20,000 nucleotides of DNA from an uncultured Planctomycetaceae bacterium. Its GTDB lineage: Bacteria > Planctomycetota > Planctomycetia > Planctomycetales > Planctomycetaceae. The notes under the pieces are model-generated. The model worked only from the letters and a program-made list of their open reading frames with translations. It did no database searches and had not been told where the DNA came from. Location of the stretch: the NCBI GenBank assembly GCA_963976765.1, contig CAXBME010000037.1:52307-72306 (forward strand). The letters run 5' to 3'. The translations under genes were made by a program, and so were the position numbers. Below are positions 1 to 10,100 of the stretch, piece after piece (position 1 is the first letter of the stretch; the number at the start of each line of letters is the position of its first letter).

Positions 1-1060
1 GACTCAGACGCAGCCCTATCTTGTCGGGACGTGCCTGCAGTTCATTCGGCTCAAAGACGATCCAGAGGTACGGAATCGGTCCGAGTGATTCATGACCGAA
101 TCGTCCACCCATCGAGAACACATTGTCAATCAGCCAGCCAGGAGGACGCACAATACCATCGACAATTTCGGTTGGCGGACCAATTTCCCCTTCCTTGTTG
201 AGGTGCATTACCGGACCGGCCGCAAGACACTCCTGCAGGTGCTGAACCTCTCGCGTCACCGGAAGAAAACAGTGTGACTCTTCGGCGCTCAGTCCCCGCA
301 TCCATTGTCTGACTTCGCTCAGAAACAAATCGGCTCGCTCATCCAGAACAGCACAGACTCGCTGATTCTGCACTCCCTTCAGTTCCAGCATCTCCTGCAC
401 TGCAATGGCCACGTGAAAATCAACCACTACTCCTGTCAAATCCTGGTCGTCAATCTCACCGAGTGACTGTGAACTCACGCGAGCCCGGGCGAGTGGCATC
501 ACCATGTCGAGTGCATTCAAACTTTCTTCATCGTCCTGAGGCACATGGTCAACGAACCGGGGAGCGGGCGGCAAAGACAGCCGGGCCTGCGCTTTCTGCA
601 CCAGCGCACTCGCGGCTTTCGCGACATTCCACCGCTCATGGAGTTCCGACACCAACTCATCAGGAGTCGCGCCGTCGAGAAGTCTGAGTTCCAGATAGTG
701 TTGCAGAACCTCAAGGGCGCAACGTCTGATATCCCAGTAACGGGCAAGGCCGAGATTGCAGAGCAGAAAGTTCAGTCTTACCGGTCTGACCAGGTTCTCG
801 CTCAATTCAGAACGAGGCACGCTCGGAAGTAGCCGCGCACAATGCTCAAGAATGCGGTCGTTCGTCCAGCAGTCAGCGTAGAGCTGGCAAAGATGGAGGA
901 CGACGGCGGCGTCCTGAACCTGCTGAGTTACCGGCGAAACAAGAGAGCCGAGCAGTGATAAACACGCTTCCGGCAATTCACTGAGGACACCCACCGATAA
1001 CTGTCGAATTCTCTCCGACCGCCGTTCAAACCCTGACGGATCCTCGCAGGTAAAGGTCAT
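1..1060 (-). CDS. Hypothetical protein, 5' part only (about 353 aa in window; 3' end runs off the left edge)
   Basis: Manual translation from ATG at 1060 (GGAG 5 nt upstream, in-frame TGA at 1132-1130) gives MTFTCEDPSGFERRSERIRQLSVG...PIPYLWIVFEPNELQARPDKIGLRLS with no stop down to position 1. It is missing from the ORF track, presumably because it has no stop in the window. No motif recognised. Confidence 0.75.
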   Translation of the reverse strand, partial: MTFTCEDPSGFERRSERIRQLSVGVLSELPEACLSLLGSLVSPVTQQVQDAAVVLHLCQLYADCWTNDRILEHCARLLPSVPRSELSENLVRPVRLNFLLCNLGLARYWDIRRCALEVLQHYLELRLLDGATPDELVSELHERWNVAKAASALVQKAQARLSLPPAPRFVDHVPQDDEESLNALDMVMPLARARVSSQSLGEIDDQDLTGVVVDFHVAIAVQEMLELKGVQNQRVCAVLDERADLFLSEVRQWMRGLSAEESHCFLPVTREVQHLQECLAAGPVMHLNKEGEIGPPTEIVDGIVRPPGWLIDNVFSMGGRFGHESLGPIPYLWIVFEPNELQARPDKIGLRLS

Positions 1061-1417
1061 CCCAGCTCCGTACAGTTTCGCTTCAGGGAATGTGAATGGT
1101 GTACTGCTGCTGGATGGTACTCTTCCGTTTCAGTCAGTGCGATAATCGGCCACGCAGGGGGGGCACGATGTAACTGACGGAAGATTCAACCAATGAGCGA
1201 CATAGCGGAACGCAACAAGTAGCTGGGCTCCAGCCCCGCAGCCACTGGCGAAGTTGGGATTTTCGTTGAACAGCACGTTGCCGCTTACAGGGTTGCTCAT
1301 CGGCGCGATTCCGCTTGTGTTTCGAGACTGCTCCGGACTGAACGTCAGCCTGCAGAATGAACACCCTGGCTGACAGGGATAACTTTTTCGTGCTGTGTTC
1401 GTCCGAGTCTCTGCAGC

Positions 1418-2887
1418 TCAGGCACTGACTTCATCAAGGTGCACCAGACGGTCAGGATTGGCCCATTCCAGTGTCCTCAGTGTCTCCAGAAGCTGCGCTG
1501 TCGTGTCGGGACCGATTCCTGGAGGAAACAGGTCACCCAGTTCCAGGGGACCGATGGCTCCCATGGCTGCGTGCAGCACGGTGGGGATCGCCGAGTTGAA
1601 GATTTTCTGCAGGAAGACGTCTGCCTCAAGCAGCGTTGGATCAACGGTTTCGTCCTCGATGAGCAATGGTGAGTGTGCTTCGATAAACGCAGTCACCTTC
1701 GGGATGTGCTCTTCGCGTTCTTCAACCCAGATGTCTGCGTGTTCGGCCCGCAGCGCCATGGCCGCCCGATGCCTCTCAAACGTGGAAGCCGTCAACTCCC
1801 CGGCAAGGCGGTGGAACTCTGACGGAGCGGGCCAGCCAAATCCTTCCGACAGCTCCGCCTGGAGATCGTCCGATTCTTCGTCCAGACTCGTGATCAGACC
1901 AATTTGGGAAATGACCTGTGCACAGCGCAGGAATCTCCAGCCGGGATGAATGTCGCACCACCTCATACCGGCCGGCCTCAACCGCCCGTAGACAGCTCCG
2001 GCCGGGACATAGAGTGCCAGATCGCAGATCGACAGGAACGTTACTCGGGCCGCCTCGACTTCCTCGTCACTCATCTCCCCGTCAAATCCCATGCTCGCCA
2101 GTGTGTGCGACCAGAGCATGATGTATTCCATGCCCACCCCCGGCTCGGGAGCAACTCCCTCAATGCTTTGTGCAACACCTTCAAAGATGTCGATCGCACC
2201 CACCTGAATTCGCTCCCCTGACTCAGCCAGGCCAATAGTCGGACAAACCGGGAGATCGGCGTCCTCTGGATCAACGACCAGGGGTTCGATCTTTTCTTTG
2301 CTCGGACGATCAGCAAACAATCGCTCGACTGTCATCTCCACGGTTTCCGATAGTAGCGTCTCTGCAACCGACAAAGCCTCAACGGCTGATTGGGCCGTCG
2401 CTATTCGCACGGAATTGCACCGCTGTCCTTCAAGCAGATTCTCCAGGTAACGGACCTGATACCACGGATGCACGATTCGTTCGGCAATCATCTGGAGGGC
2501 ATCCGTGTTGAACTCGCCATCCTTCATCTGAAGCGTGTTGCGACGCAGACGCTGAGCCAGCAGGTACGCGGGATAAATCACTGGCCCTTCGGTGACTTCC
2601 ATGTAGTTCCTGCCCAGAAACTGGCGCCCCAGGGCGAGTTCGTCGAGCAGATGTCCGTATGGCGTTCCAGCGTGAAAGAAGAAGTGCTGCAGTTCATGCG
2701 CGAAGTGAGTCAACTGATCGAAGCGGCGTTCACTCAAATAGATGATGTCGCTTTCGTATTCGTAACAACTGTCTCCAGTTCTGCGGACATTTCGAACAGC
2801 AACGTCATCAAGAGGTATATCAAACACGCTTATGTTCCTGTCTTTAGTTTCGATAATTGAGTTGTAATCTGGTCGAGTCGAGTACAA
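1418..2887 (-). CDS. Putative HEXXH zinc metallopeptidase (gluzincin-like), family unassigned
   Basis: 489-aa ORF with FAHELQHFFFHAGTPYG (HEXXH at 2684-2698) and a downstream IFEGVA that could supply the third zinc ligand. The TTG start is uncertain. Confidence 0.65.
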   Translation of the reverse strand: MYSTRPDYNSIIETKDRNISVFDIPLDDVAVRNVRRTGDSCYEYESDIIYLSERRFDQLTHFAHELQHFFFHAGTPYGHLLDELALGRQFLGRNYMEVTEGPVIYPAYLLAQRLRRNTLQMKDGEFNTDALQMIAERIVHPWYQVRYLENLLEGQRCNSVRIATAQSAVEALSVAETLLSETVEMTVERLFADRPSKEKIEPLVVDPEDADLPVCPTIGLAESGERIQVGAIDIFEGVAQSIEGVAPEPGVGMEYIMLWSHTLASMGFDGEMSDEEVEAARVTFLSICDLALYVPAGAVYGRLRPAGMRWCDIHPGWRFLRCAQVISQIGLITSLDEESDDLQAELSEGFGWPAPSEFHRLAGELTASTFERHRAAMALRAEHADIWVEEREEHIPKVTAFIEAHSPLLIEDETVDPTLLEADVFLQKIFNSAIPTVLHAAMGAIGPLELGDLFPPGIGPDTTAQLLETLRTLEWANPDRLVHLDEVSA

Positions 2888-2946
2888 CAGCCACGTAAAG
2901 CCAGCAGGCGGGATTGTGGCAACACTATTGAGAGTGCAGGGCGTGA

Positions 2947-4095
2947 ATGAGCAACGCAGACAATCACGTGATCGCGGAGATCTCCGCGAATCTCAGACGA
3001 TATTGCCAGGAGACACTCTTCGCTCTGGTGACTCAAAAGCCCGGACTAGTTGCCGTGCGGCGGTCTCGTTCAAAGGAATTCAACGCACGGGTTGAAACAA
3101 ACGACAGCGGAGCGACCTTCACGGTCTTCCTCAACGATGGCGTTGTCAGCCAGATTCGTCAGGCGATCAGTCTGCTGGCGTCAGACACTCCAGAGACAAT
3201 TGACCACGTTCTGCGCGACACTGCGTTAGCTCTGACGGGCAACGCGGAGCGTGAGCCGATTTTTCGACAAATGATTCATGGATCGCTGTTGTTCGTGTTG
3301 CTGCACGAGGTTTCACACATCACTTGTGGACATTTCCAGAGAGTGATTGCTGCCGGGCGAAGTCCAGCCAGGAACGTTTGTGAGTTTCAATTCGATGAAG
3401 TCACAGAGCCGCCTGCTGATACGGCCTCTTCTGGTTGCGATGCGTTGAATTCGAATCTGGTGCGACTCTCTGAACTGGAAGCGGATGCAATCGCGTTCGA
3501 CCTGATGGATGTACTGTCGCTGGAGCTGATTGAAGCGAATTCCGAACTTCGGGAACTGATCGATCCAGACGACAGTGCTGAAACTCCGGAGCAAAGGCGA
3601 ATCAACGCCAGCGAACTGATGTTCTATTCGGCCTGCGCCGGCATGGCGATGATTGAGGCCACTCGCGGAGTTTCCCATGACTACCCGTATCCATTCAGTC
3701 GCCTGTTCAATATCGCGGACGTTTACGTGCAACGGCGATTCCAGGCCGCGATGCCGGATGTTGCTGATGAGACTGGTGTGCTGGAGATTCCACTGAACGA
3801 CCAGCGCCGTACGATCCTTCAGGAGATCGCCATACCGACGATGTTCAACGCCATGGAGATTTGCGAAGCATGTTGCGAAAGTGCTGGCTGCATCCTGGCT
3901 GATCGATTCGGATGGAAGGACGATCCGGATTCCATTGCGATGAAGCTGACGACGGACTTCCTGGAGTTGTTGACCAATGTGGAATCACCAGAATTCTTCA
4001 CTCGGGAAGCCAGGCAGGTGCACGAGATGCGGCTTCTCCGCCAACCATTCGCAGCGATGATGAGCCCTTTCCGGATGCAGCTCAGCTACAGATGA
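2947..4095 (+). CDS. Zinc metallopeptidase, Lit (peptidase U49)/M48-like
   Basis: 382-aa ORF with LFVLLHEVSHITCGH (HExxHxxxGH, 3304-3333), ELEADAIA (about 3472-3495) and a later HDYPYPFSRL. This motif order is typical of Lit/M48-type zincins. Confidence 0.7.
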   Translation: MSNADNHVIAEISANLRRYCQETLFALVTQKPGLVAVRRSRSKEFNARVETNDSGATFTVFLNDGVVSQIRQAISLLASDTPETIDHVLRDTALALTGNAEREPIFRQMIHGSLLFVLLHEVSHITCGHFQRVIAAGRSPARNVCEFQFDEVTEPPADTASSGCDALNSNLVRLSELEADAIAFDLMDVLSLELIEANSELRELIDPDDSAETPEQRRINASELMFYSACAGMAMIEATRGVSHDYPYPFSRLFNIADVYVQRRFQAAMPDVADETGVLEIPLNDQRRTILQEIAIPTMFNAMEICEACCESAGCILADRFGWKDDPDSIAMKLTTDFLELLTNVESPEFFTREARQVHEMRLLRQPFAAMMSPFRMQLSYR

Positions 4096-4098
4096 TAG

Positions 4099-4864
4099 AT
4101 GTCAGAATCTACCGTCAAAGTGTCGCTCAGCCTGGAGTTGTCGTCTGATGAACTTCGTAAGAATTGGACGGGCGTTTCGAGAAGAGTACCCGGACGCAGG
4201 ATCCGTAGCGGCTCACGCATCTTAATTCTTAATCAACATATCCGTCGGTACTTCGATCGCCTCTGCCGCCATCAGACAACGTGTAGGTTTTCGTGCTGCC
4301 GAGCGAAGGAGAATCGCACCGTCCGTCCATTGTCGGGAATCAACGGCTGTGGCCGTATATCGACTGCCCGCCGCGGAACCGCCGGCCCCTCAACACTGAC
4401 TGTACTGACGTTGTCCTGCATCAGTTGATGCGGATACGCCGCTATAGTATACATTCAGTATGACCCAGATGCCGCGGTGCTGTCTCAGGCGGCAGAGAAC
4501 ACAACTTCCAGACGCATGAACTGCGGGACTGGAGTGAGAAACGCCTGGCACGAGAGGCTGTCGGCGACAATCTTATTGAACTTGTACAAGCCAAGATCGA
4601 CCAGGCGACCACTGCGGCCTTGTGCGGAGAGATCAGCACTGCCCGAGCAATGATTGATGACGAACTCACTCATCTCTCCAGGACCAGCGACACTGAGTTA
4701 CGAGAGAGGCTCCGCCGCCTGCAGCGAAAGCTAAGTGGTTCCCCGGAAGAACAAGCCGTTTCCGAATCTGACCCGGCATACCCGTTCTCCCATATCTATC
4801 ACCTGGGCCGCCTTTTCGTTGATCGGCGATTGGCGGTAGCTGTTTTCAGGTGGGGCCGACCACG
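4099..4864 (+). pseudogene. Possible degraded or fragmented gene(s) between the convergent peptidase and TPR genes
   Basis: ATG 3 nt after the peptidase stop (MSESTVKVSLSLELSSDEL...) reads more protein-like after a frame change (RIGRAFREEYPDAG). A separate frame open from about 4464 encodes an amphipathic helical stretch (ELRDWSEKRLAREAVGDNLIELVQAKIDQ...LRERLRRLQRKL) with no good start. Confidence 0.25.
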
Positions 4865-7132
4865 TCACACCGAAAGTAGCTCATCACGAATCTCTTTCCA
4901 GTCGACTGGTGTCCCTCGACGCAGAGAAATGTAAGCATCAGCTTCGCCAGAAACATCGAGTTCCCGCCAGAGTTCTTCGAGTTCATCCGCAGCGGTGATA
5001 CGTTCACTTCGAGTCCCCGGCGAGTTTAGAATCTCCAACAGACTGGCTTCTCTATCCAGAATCGTTGTGCCCACCATGCCTGGAGCACGAACGGCTCGCA
5101 GGCCGATGGCGTCGAGCAGCGTTCGTGATTTGAGCAACTCAGTCCATCGCAGCGCCTCGCCTGCGTCACTTCTCATCAACCACGCCGTTTCCACGCCGAA
5201 GACATAGACCTGCTCGTGATCTGTGACGAGGCTGAGCCGGGCATCCTGTGCCTCGACGGAGTCGGCTCCGACAAAGCGGGACCGCAGACGATTCAGGTCT
5301 GCCGCAGCTTCTTCAGTCAGTCGCTGTACATGCTTCGAGCCTTCCGATTCGATGGCAACATTCGACGCCGCAGCAGAATCGTCAGTCCAACCGCGTAAGA
5401 GAGCCTGCGCCAGGATATGTCGAATTCGCCACGTCAATTCGCACATGCTCTGCCCGTCAAAATAGTCCAACGCCAATCGAAGAAACTGCGAGGCCGTCTC
5501 GTAAAACTCTGGATGCCCCCGTTTTGCGAATCCGTAGCAGACGGCGCCAAGCATCTCGTCACAAAATGCAATCTGCACTGGTCGTTCGATAACTGCGTAC
5601 AGGGATCGTGCCTCACTAAGATTCTGAAAAGCGTCCTCAAAGTTGCCCGCGAGGAATGCCGCGTGACCTCGTGAAAACATTACACCCGCCGCCGCTTCGC
5701 ATTCTGCGACGTTCCGGGGAGGGGAGACGGCCTGCAGGGCACGGTCAAAACAATCAAATGACTGCTCGATTTTTGATCCCTCGGGAATTGGAGAATCATC
5801 AGAAGGCCGGTGCTGGACCATAAGGACGGTCGCGATTCTACGCAGTTTCATCGACATCTCGACGCGATTTCCGGCTGCTTCGTCGATCGCGATCCCCTGC
5901 TCCCACGCATCGATCGCTTGAGTCAGGTTACCTTGAGCTGCCCGTGATTCTCCCAACTGCATCAGTGTCAGGGAAAGACCATCCGCAGGCTGTCTGTCGC
6001 GCCAGATATCGAGAGCCCTGAGACAAAGTTCTTCAGCTTTGTCAGATTGGTTGAGCATGTTGCGGATTACCGCCTGATAGACACAGGCCCACGCGCGAAT
6101 GTCTGGTAGCAGTCCACCTGCGACCAATGACTCACACGACGCCAGGGCTCGTGAGTAGTCTCCTGTTCGGAAGGCGTAGTCTCCGCATGCAAACGTTGCC
6201 GACTCGATCAGGAACAGTGATCCAGTCTGGTTTGCTACAGCCAGAGCTTCGTTACCCCACCGAAATTGAGAGTCGTGATCTCCTCGAACATGCGACTGCT
6301 GCCCTAGGGTCTGGAGTGATTGAAACTCGCCCTTCAGGTTCTTCGACTCTCGATACCAGCCCAGAGCCTCAAGCAATAGCGATTTTGAGTCGAGACCGGA
6401 TGTGGCAAGAGTCTGCGCTTGTAGCAATCGGACGTTGGCCGCAGTTGTTACGTCGTCACCTTGCAGCGCAATCTCAAGAGCAGACTCGAAGCCTTCGATA
6501 GCCGATTGTGGAGAGTCGTTGAAGTCGAGGTGGCTGAGCAGGGCCAGTGCGTCGGCTTGCGCAGCTGCATCGGAACTCACGTGGGCTTCACGGCCAATGT
6601 TTTGCAGTTCCAGCCTGGCGTCGACCAGACTTTCAGGCACGGCCAGATGTAACCAGCGAGTTTTCCGAAGCCAAGTCTGGAAACCCTCAGGAGTGAGGCC
6701 ATGACAGGAAATCGCCTCGTCAAACAGCAAGCCGATCACGTGGACATCTGCGGCAACGCCACGAATCTGAGCATCAAGTGCCATACATTCTGCGTGGGTC
6801 GAAAGTGCCCGTCCGCGGAGCAATCGATAGCCCAATGCCTCGGCCCACCGAGCCGTCTCGGCAGACTCAAGGAGGACGGATGCTGGATCACCCGATCGGT
6901 GAAACTCAATGAATCTCTTTAGAAGTGAAACTTCCTGCTGCTCGGCGTCGGGTCTGGTGGCGATACGGCAGGATTGAAGCAGGGCCTCGGCGTCCCGCAG
7001 ATGAAACCGACGTATCTGCCCTCGCGTTCTTTCAATCAATTCACGAGCTGTCTCGGGGGCTTTCATGGAACGCTCCAACTGAGCTTCATTCATGTTGTGT
7101 CTGTCGCCGAGGTATAAACGTGAAATCGTCAA
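4865..7132 (-). CDS. Tetratricopeptide-repeat protein resembling the N-terminal part of a TPR-CHAT protein, lacking the CHAT domain
   Basis: 755-aa Ala/Leu-rich helical repeats (e.g. LMQLGESRAAQGNLTQAIDAWEQGIAI, MFSRGHAAFLAGNFEDAFQNLSEARSLY). The C-terminal EALRWTELLKSRTLLDAI, coiled coil and PVDWKEIRDELL match the linker that normally precedes CHAT domains. The start overlaps the upstream stop (ATGA, 7129-7132). Confidence 0.8.
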   Translation of the reverse strand: MTISRLYLGDRHNMNEAQLERSMKAPETARELIERTRGQIRRFHLRDAEALLQSCRIATRPDAEQQEVSLLKRFIEFHRSGDPASVLLESAETARWAEALGYRLLRGRALSTHAECMALDAQIRGVAADVHVIGLLFDEAISCHGLTPEGFQTWLRKTRWLHLAVPESLVDARLELQNIGREAHVSSDAAAQADALALLSHLDFNDSPQSAIEGFESALEIALQGDDVTTAANVRLLQAQTLATSGLDSKSLLLEALGWYRESKNLKGEFQSLQTLGQQSHVRGDHDSQFRWGNEALAVANQTGSLFLIESATFACGDYAFRTGDYSRALASCESLVAGGLLPDIRAWACVYQAVIRNMLNQSDKAEELCLRALDIWRDRQPADGLSLTLMQLGESRAAQGNLTQAIDAWEQGIAIDEAAGNRVEMSMKLRRIATVLMVQHRPSDDSPIPEGSKIEQSFDCFDRALQAVSPPRNVAECEAAAGVMFSRGHAAFLAGNFEDAFQNLSEARSLYAVIERPVQIAFCDEMLGAVCYGFAKRGHPEFYETASQFLRLALDYFDGQSMCELTWRIRHILAQALLRGWTDDSAAASNVAIESEGSKHVQRLTEEAAADLNRLRSRFVGADSVEAQDARLSLVTDHEQVYVFGVETAWLMRSDAGEALRWTELLKSRTLLDAIGLRAVRAPGMVGTTILDREASLLEILNSPGTRSERITAADELEELWRELDVSGEADAYISLRRGTPVDWKEIRDELLSV

Positions 7133-10100
7133 TCATCCTTCAGTATTCTCATGTTTCCAGCTCGGGAATACAGAATCGGATCAACCCAGTCCGCTTCTTC
7201 GTCGGGTTTCTTCAGAGCAGAATAAATGGCCTGACGCGCTCTCACGAAGGCAAGGTCAATCGGAAGATTCTCAACGGCAATGGCTCGATAGAAGGAACCC
7301 GAAAACAGAGTCGCGATATCGTCCCGAACAGGACGTCGGTGAGTGACAACCGCGAGAACTCCGGATCGAACCAGTTCCTCGGCAAATGTTGCTCGGCCAA
7401 CGCCGGCTCCGCTACGACAGGCATTGAGAAATGCGAACCGGATCGTGCTGGACGCCTTCAGGATGTCCGCAAGTTGATGAGCCGTGCAATATTCCATTGT
7501 TCCGTCGTCGGCCTCAAAGTACAGGACTCCTTCAGCGCGATCCGTATCAAAGTCTCCGTGGCCAATGAAATGAAATACGTCAAACTCATCGAGATTGGAT
7601 TCCGACAGCGTCTGTCTCGTGGAGATTCCGGGTTGACGGTTGAGTGTCGTGAATTTAACCCGCCCGTCGGCAATCGAGTCGGCAAGATTCGATTGCAGTG
7701 CGTCCAGTTCGCCAGCGATGTTGAGTGTCGGAAGGTCTGCTGGATTGCTGGCCACAACCAGAACTCGAAGTGTCGGCACTTCCGGTAAATCTGCGGTTTC
7801 AACGGGAACGATTGGCTGCCGTACGATTGGAAAGCGGGAATCAATTCCCAGATGACGTTCGTCGTAGACGACGGATTCCCACGGGTACTGAGTGAGTTCA
7901 GGGGCGAGCCGAAGTCGTAACCTCAGCCCATCTTCGTCAATCTGATTGAGACTTTTCTCAAACAGCTGTCTCACTGAACCCTGAAGAATCCGCTTCCCAA
8001 TAAGAGTTCCGACTCGTTTGACCGAATAACTTTCGGCGGCGATTTCACCGGCAGCAGCCGACAATTGACGCAGTTGGAAGCTCTTTGGAGCTGATTCGAA
8101 AACCACGTCAAGTTCTGGCCCAGCGTATTCTTCGAGTGCCTCGGCTCCGTCAAATCCTTTGGCGATGATCGTCAAGGCGCCAGATTGTCCCGTAACTGTG
8201 ATCTCGAAATCACGATAGCTCCGGTCGGCATCAGTGAATTCTCGGTGCAGCAAAATGATTTCATCCGTCGGCAGGCTCTGCCACGATTTCTGACGAGCGA
8301 CTTCTTCGGCAGAGCTGACGGCATGATTCATCCATGTCAGGTGAGGCAGCTCATCGCGAATTCGTTGAAACTCTCTGACAGACTCAGGTGTACCGAGGTC
8401 ACGCAGGCGGGAAAAGACGCGGTCACGCAAGAACTGCACGCTTTCCCTTGTCGAAACACCGTGGCAACCTTCTACTTGGTCATCTTCGTCGTGGGGATAC
8501 TCCGCGCTCAGCCACAGGTAGAAATCGGCGAGCGATCCGGCCGACAACTGTTGCGTCACCGGATTGTTGTCATCCGGCGAGAGTTCACCGTCGTAAACAT
8601 CCGCCAGCAGCTCAACAATCGAACGAGCCTCCTCGGAGTGTTGTTCAAGAATTGGAAACACATCTCGCCAACCACGTTCACCGAAGTGTGAAATCAACAA
8701 CGCCCCCGCATGACAATTGATCTCGTTCCCCCATAGCTCGCCGGTGCTGAGCATCTCTTTGAGCAGATCATAGACAGCGGATCCACGTTGTGCGGCGATT
8801 GCCTTCAAAATGTCAATGATCGATTTCACTTTGAGCAAAGGTTGCCGACGTAACCGATCAACCATTGCTGTCGTCAGTTGTTCATCCCAAAGTCGGCGAA
8901 GACAGTAGAGGCCAGATATCGAGTCTTGTTGTTCATCTTGTTGGCCGACCTTCTGAAGAACTGCATCGATGAACACGTCAGGTGCCTTTTCGTAACAAAG
9001 CTGCATCACTTCCAGATATTCAGGCTCATCCTGATTCCGCCAGTCTACAAACGTCGCCGCACACGGAGTCCATTTTTCCCAGACGGATAGAGGGAGAGCA
9101 TCGAGCCGTTCAGGAGCAAGCTTCCGCAGCAATCGCATGGACCGGAATCCCGCGGCCGTCGGGCGATGAAACTCTGTCGTCCGTAACCAAGTGTCATTAT
9201 CCGGCTCCCCGGCCGTCAGCCATCGCTCAGCAGCGTCGAGGCACCTTTCAATCAACGGCTCGTCAAAGGATTTCCACGATTCAAGTGACGTCAGATCGGA
9301 AATGTACTCCAGCGAGAATTCATACTCGTCGCTATCCTCCCGCAAGGTCATCAAACGCTGCACCTGCCACCAGGCATCCAGGTCACCCTCGTCGAATTTA
9401 TCAAGGTATCGTTCAGTCAGCTCTCGTACGGGCGGGTGCTTGATTTTCCGTTCGTCGTCCTTTTTCAGGCGGTGCTCACGCTCCTGATCCTCGTAGTAGT
9501 TCCGTTTCAATTGTGCAGCACGGTCTGACAGCAAGTCGATCGCGTCGGATGTCTCAGCCGATGCGGAGCGAAATATTGCGTTGTCCTCGCGCCGGGTCAG
9601 GAACCGGTCCTTCGTCGAGATGTCAGCGTGATAAATGCCGAAATTCGCAAGGTTCGCCCAGGTGACCCGCTCCCCGTCAGTGGTTGCAGATTCGAACCCA
9701 TCCAGAACTCCATCAAGCTCTGATGGATGGAATAGCGATCTGATTTCCCATTTCTCTGAAGCAACAATGGCATTCGTGGCTGCGAACGAAACGAGCCGAT
9801 CGAGCAGTCGGAAACGAATTTCAGGACGGTTTCGAATTGGACCAGAGACAAACTTGTGAAAATCCCGTCGACTGGCCAGCTCTTCATTGAAAACCCAGTG
9901 GCACGCCAGTGAGGCGAGTGCCTCAAAAACCTGAGCCTGTTCACACATCAAGACGGCTCGTTCCAGAATCCCCGTTTCGAGTTCCTCAAATCGTCGAATG
10001 GGATCTTCACGAAGCGGTTGATCCTGCAACCACTTAATGGCCGCGGGCAGGTCTGTGTCTGGAAGTCGTTCGAGCAGTGACTTCCAGAGAAACATCGCGT

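Noticed and set aside
1418..2887. RiPP-modifying aKG-HExxH enzyme (FxsB/HEXXH type)
   Set aside because: The HEXXH lies near the N-terminus, the typical downstream PWRxDxRP motif is absent, and no radical SAM enzyme or precursor peptide is visible in the window.
4200..4864. Frameshifted or read-through CHAT domain continuing the TPR gene
   Set aside because: The in-frame continuation stops after 21 codons, and no CHAT motifs (LPF/HxACHG/LSAC) were seen in the short minus-strand ORFs here.
6925..7788. 287-aa plus-strand ORF, and other antisense ORFs such as 1395..1949, 2390..2860, 8185..8691 and 18470..19066
   Set aside because: They lie antisense to well-supported genes and have no motifs, so they are shadow ORFs.
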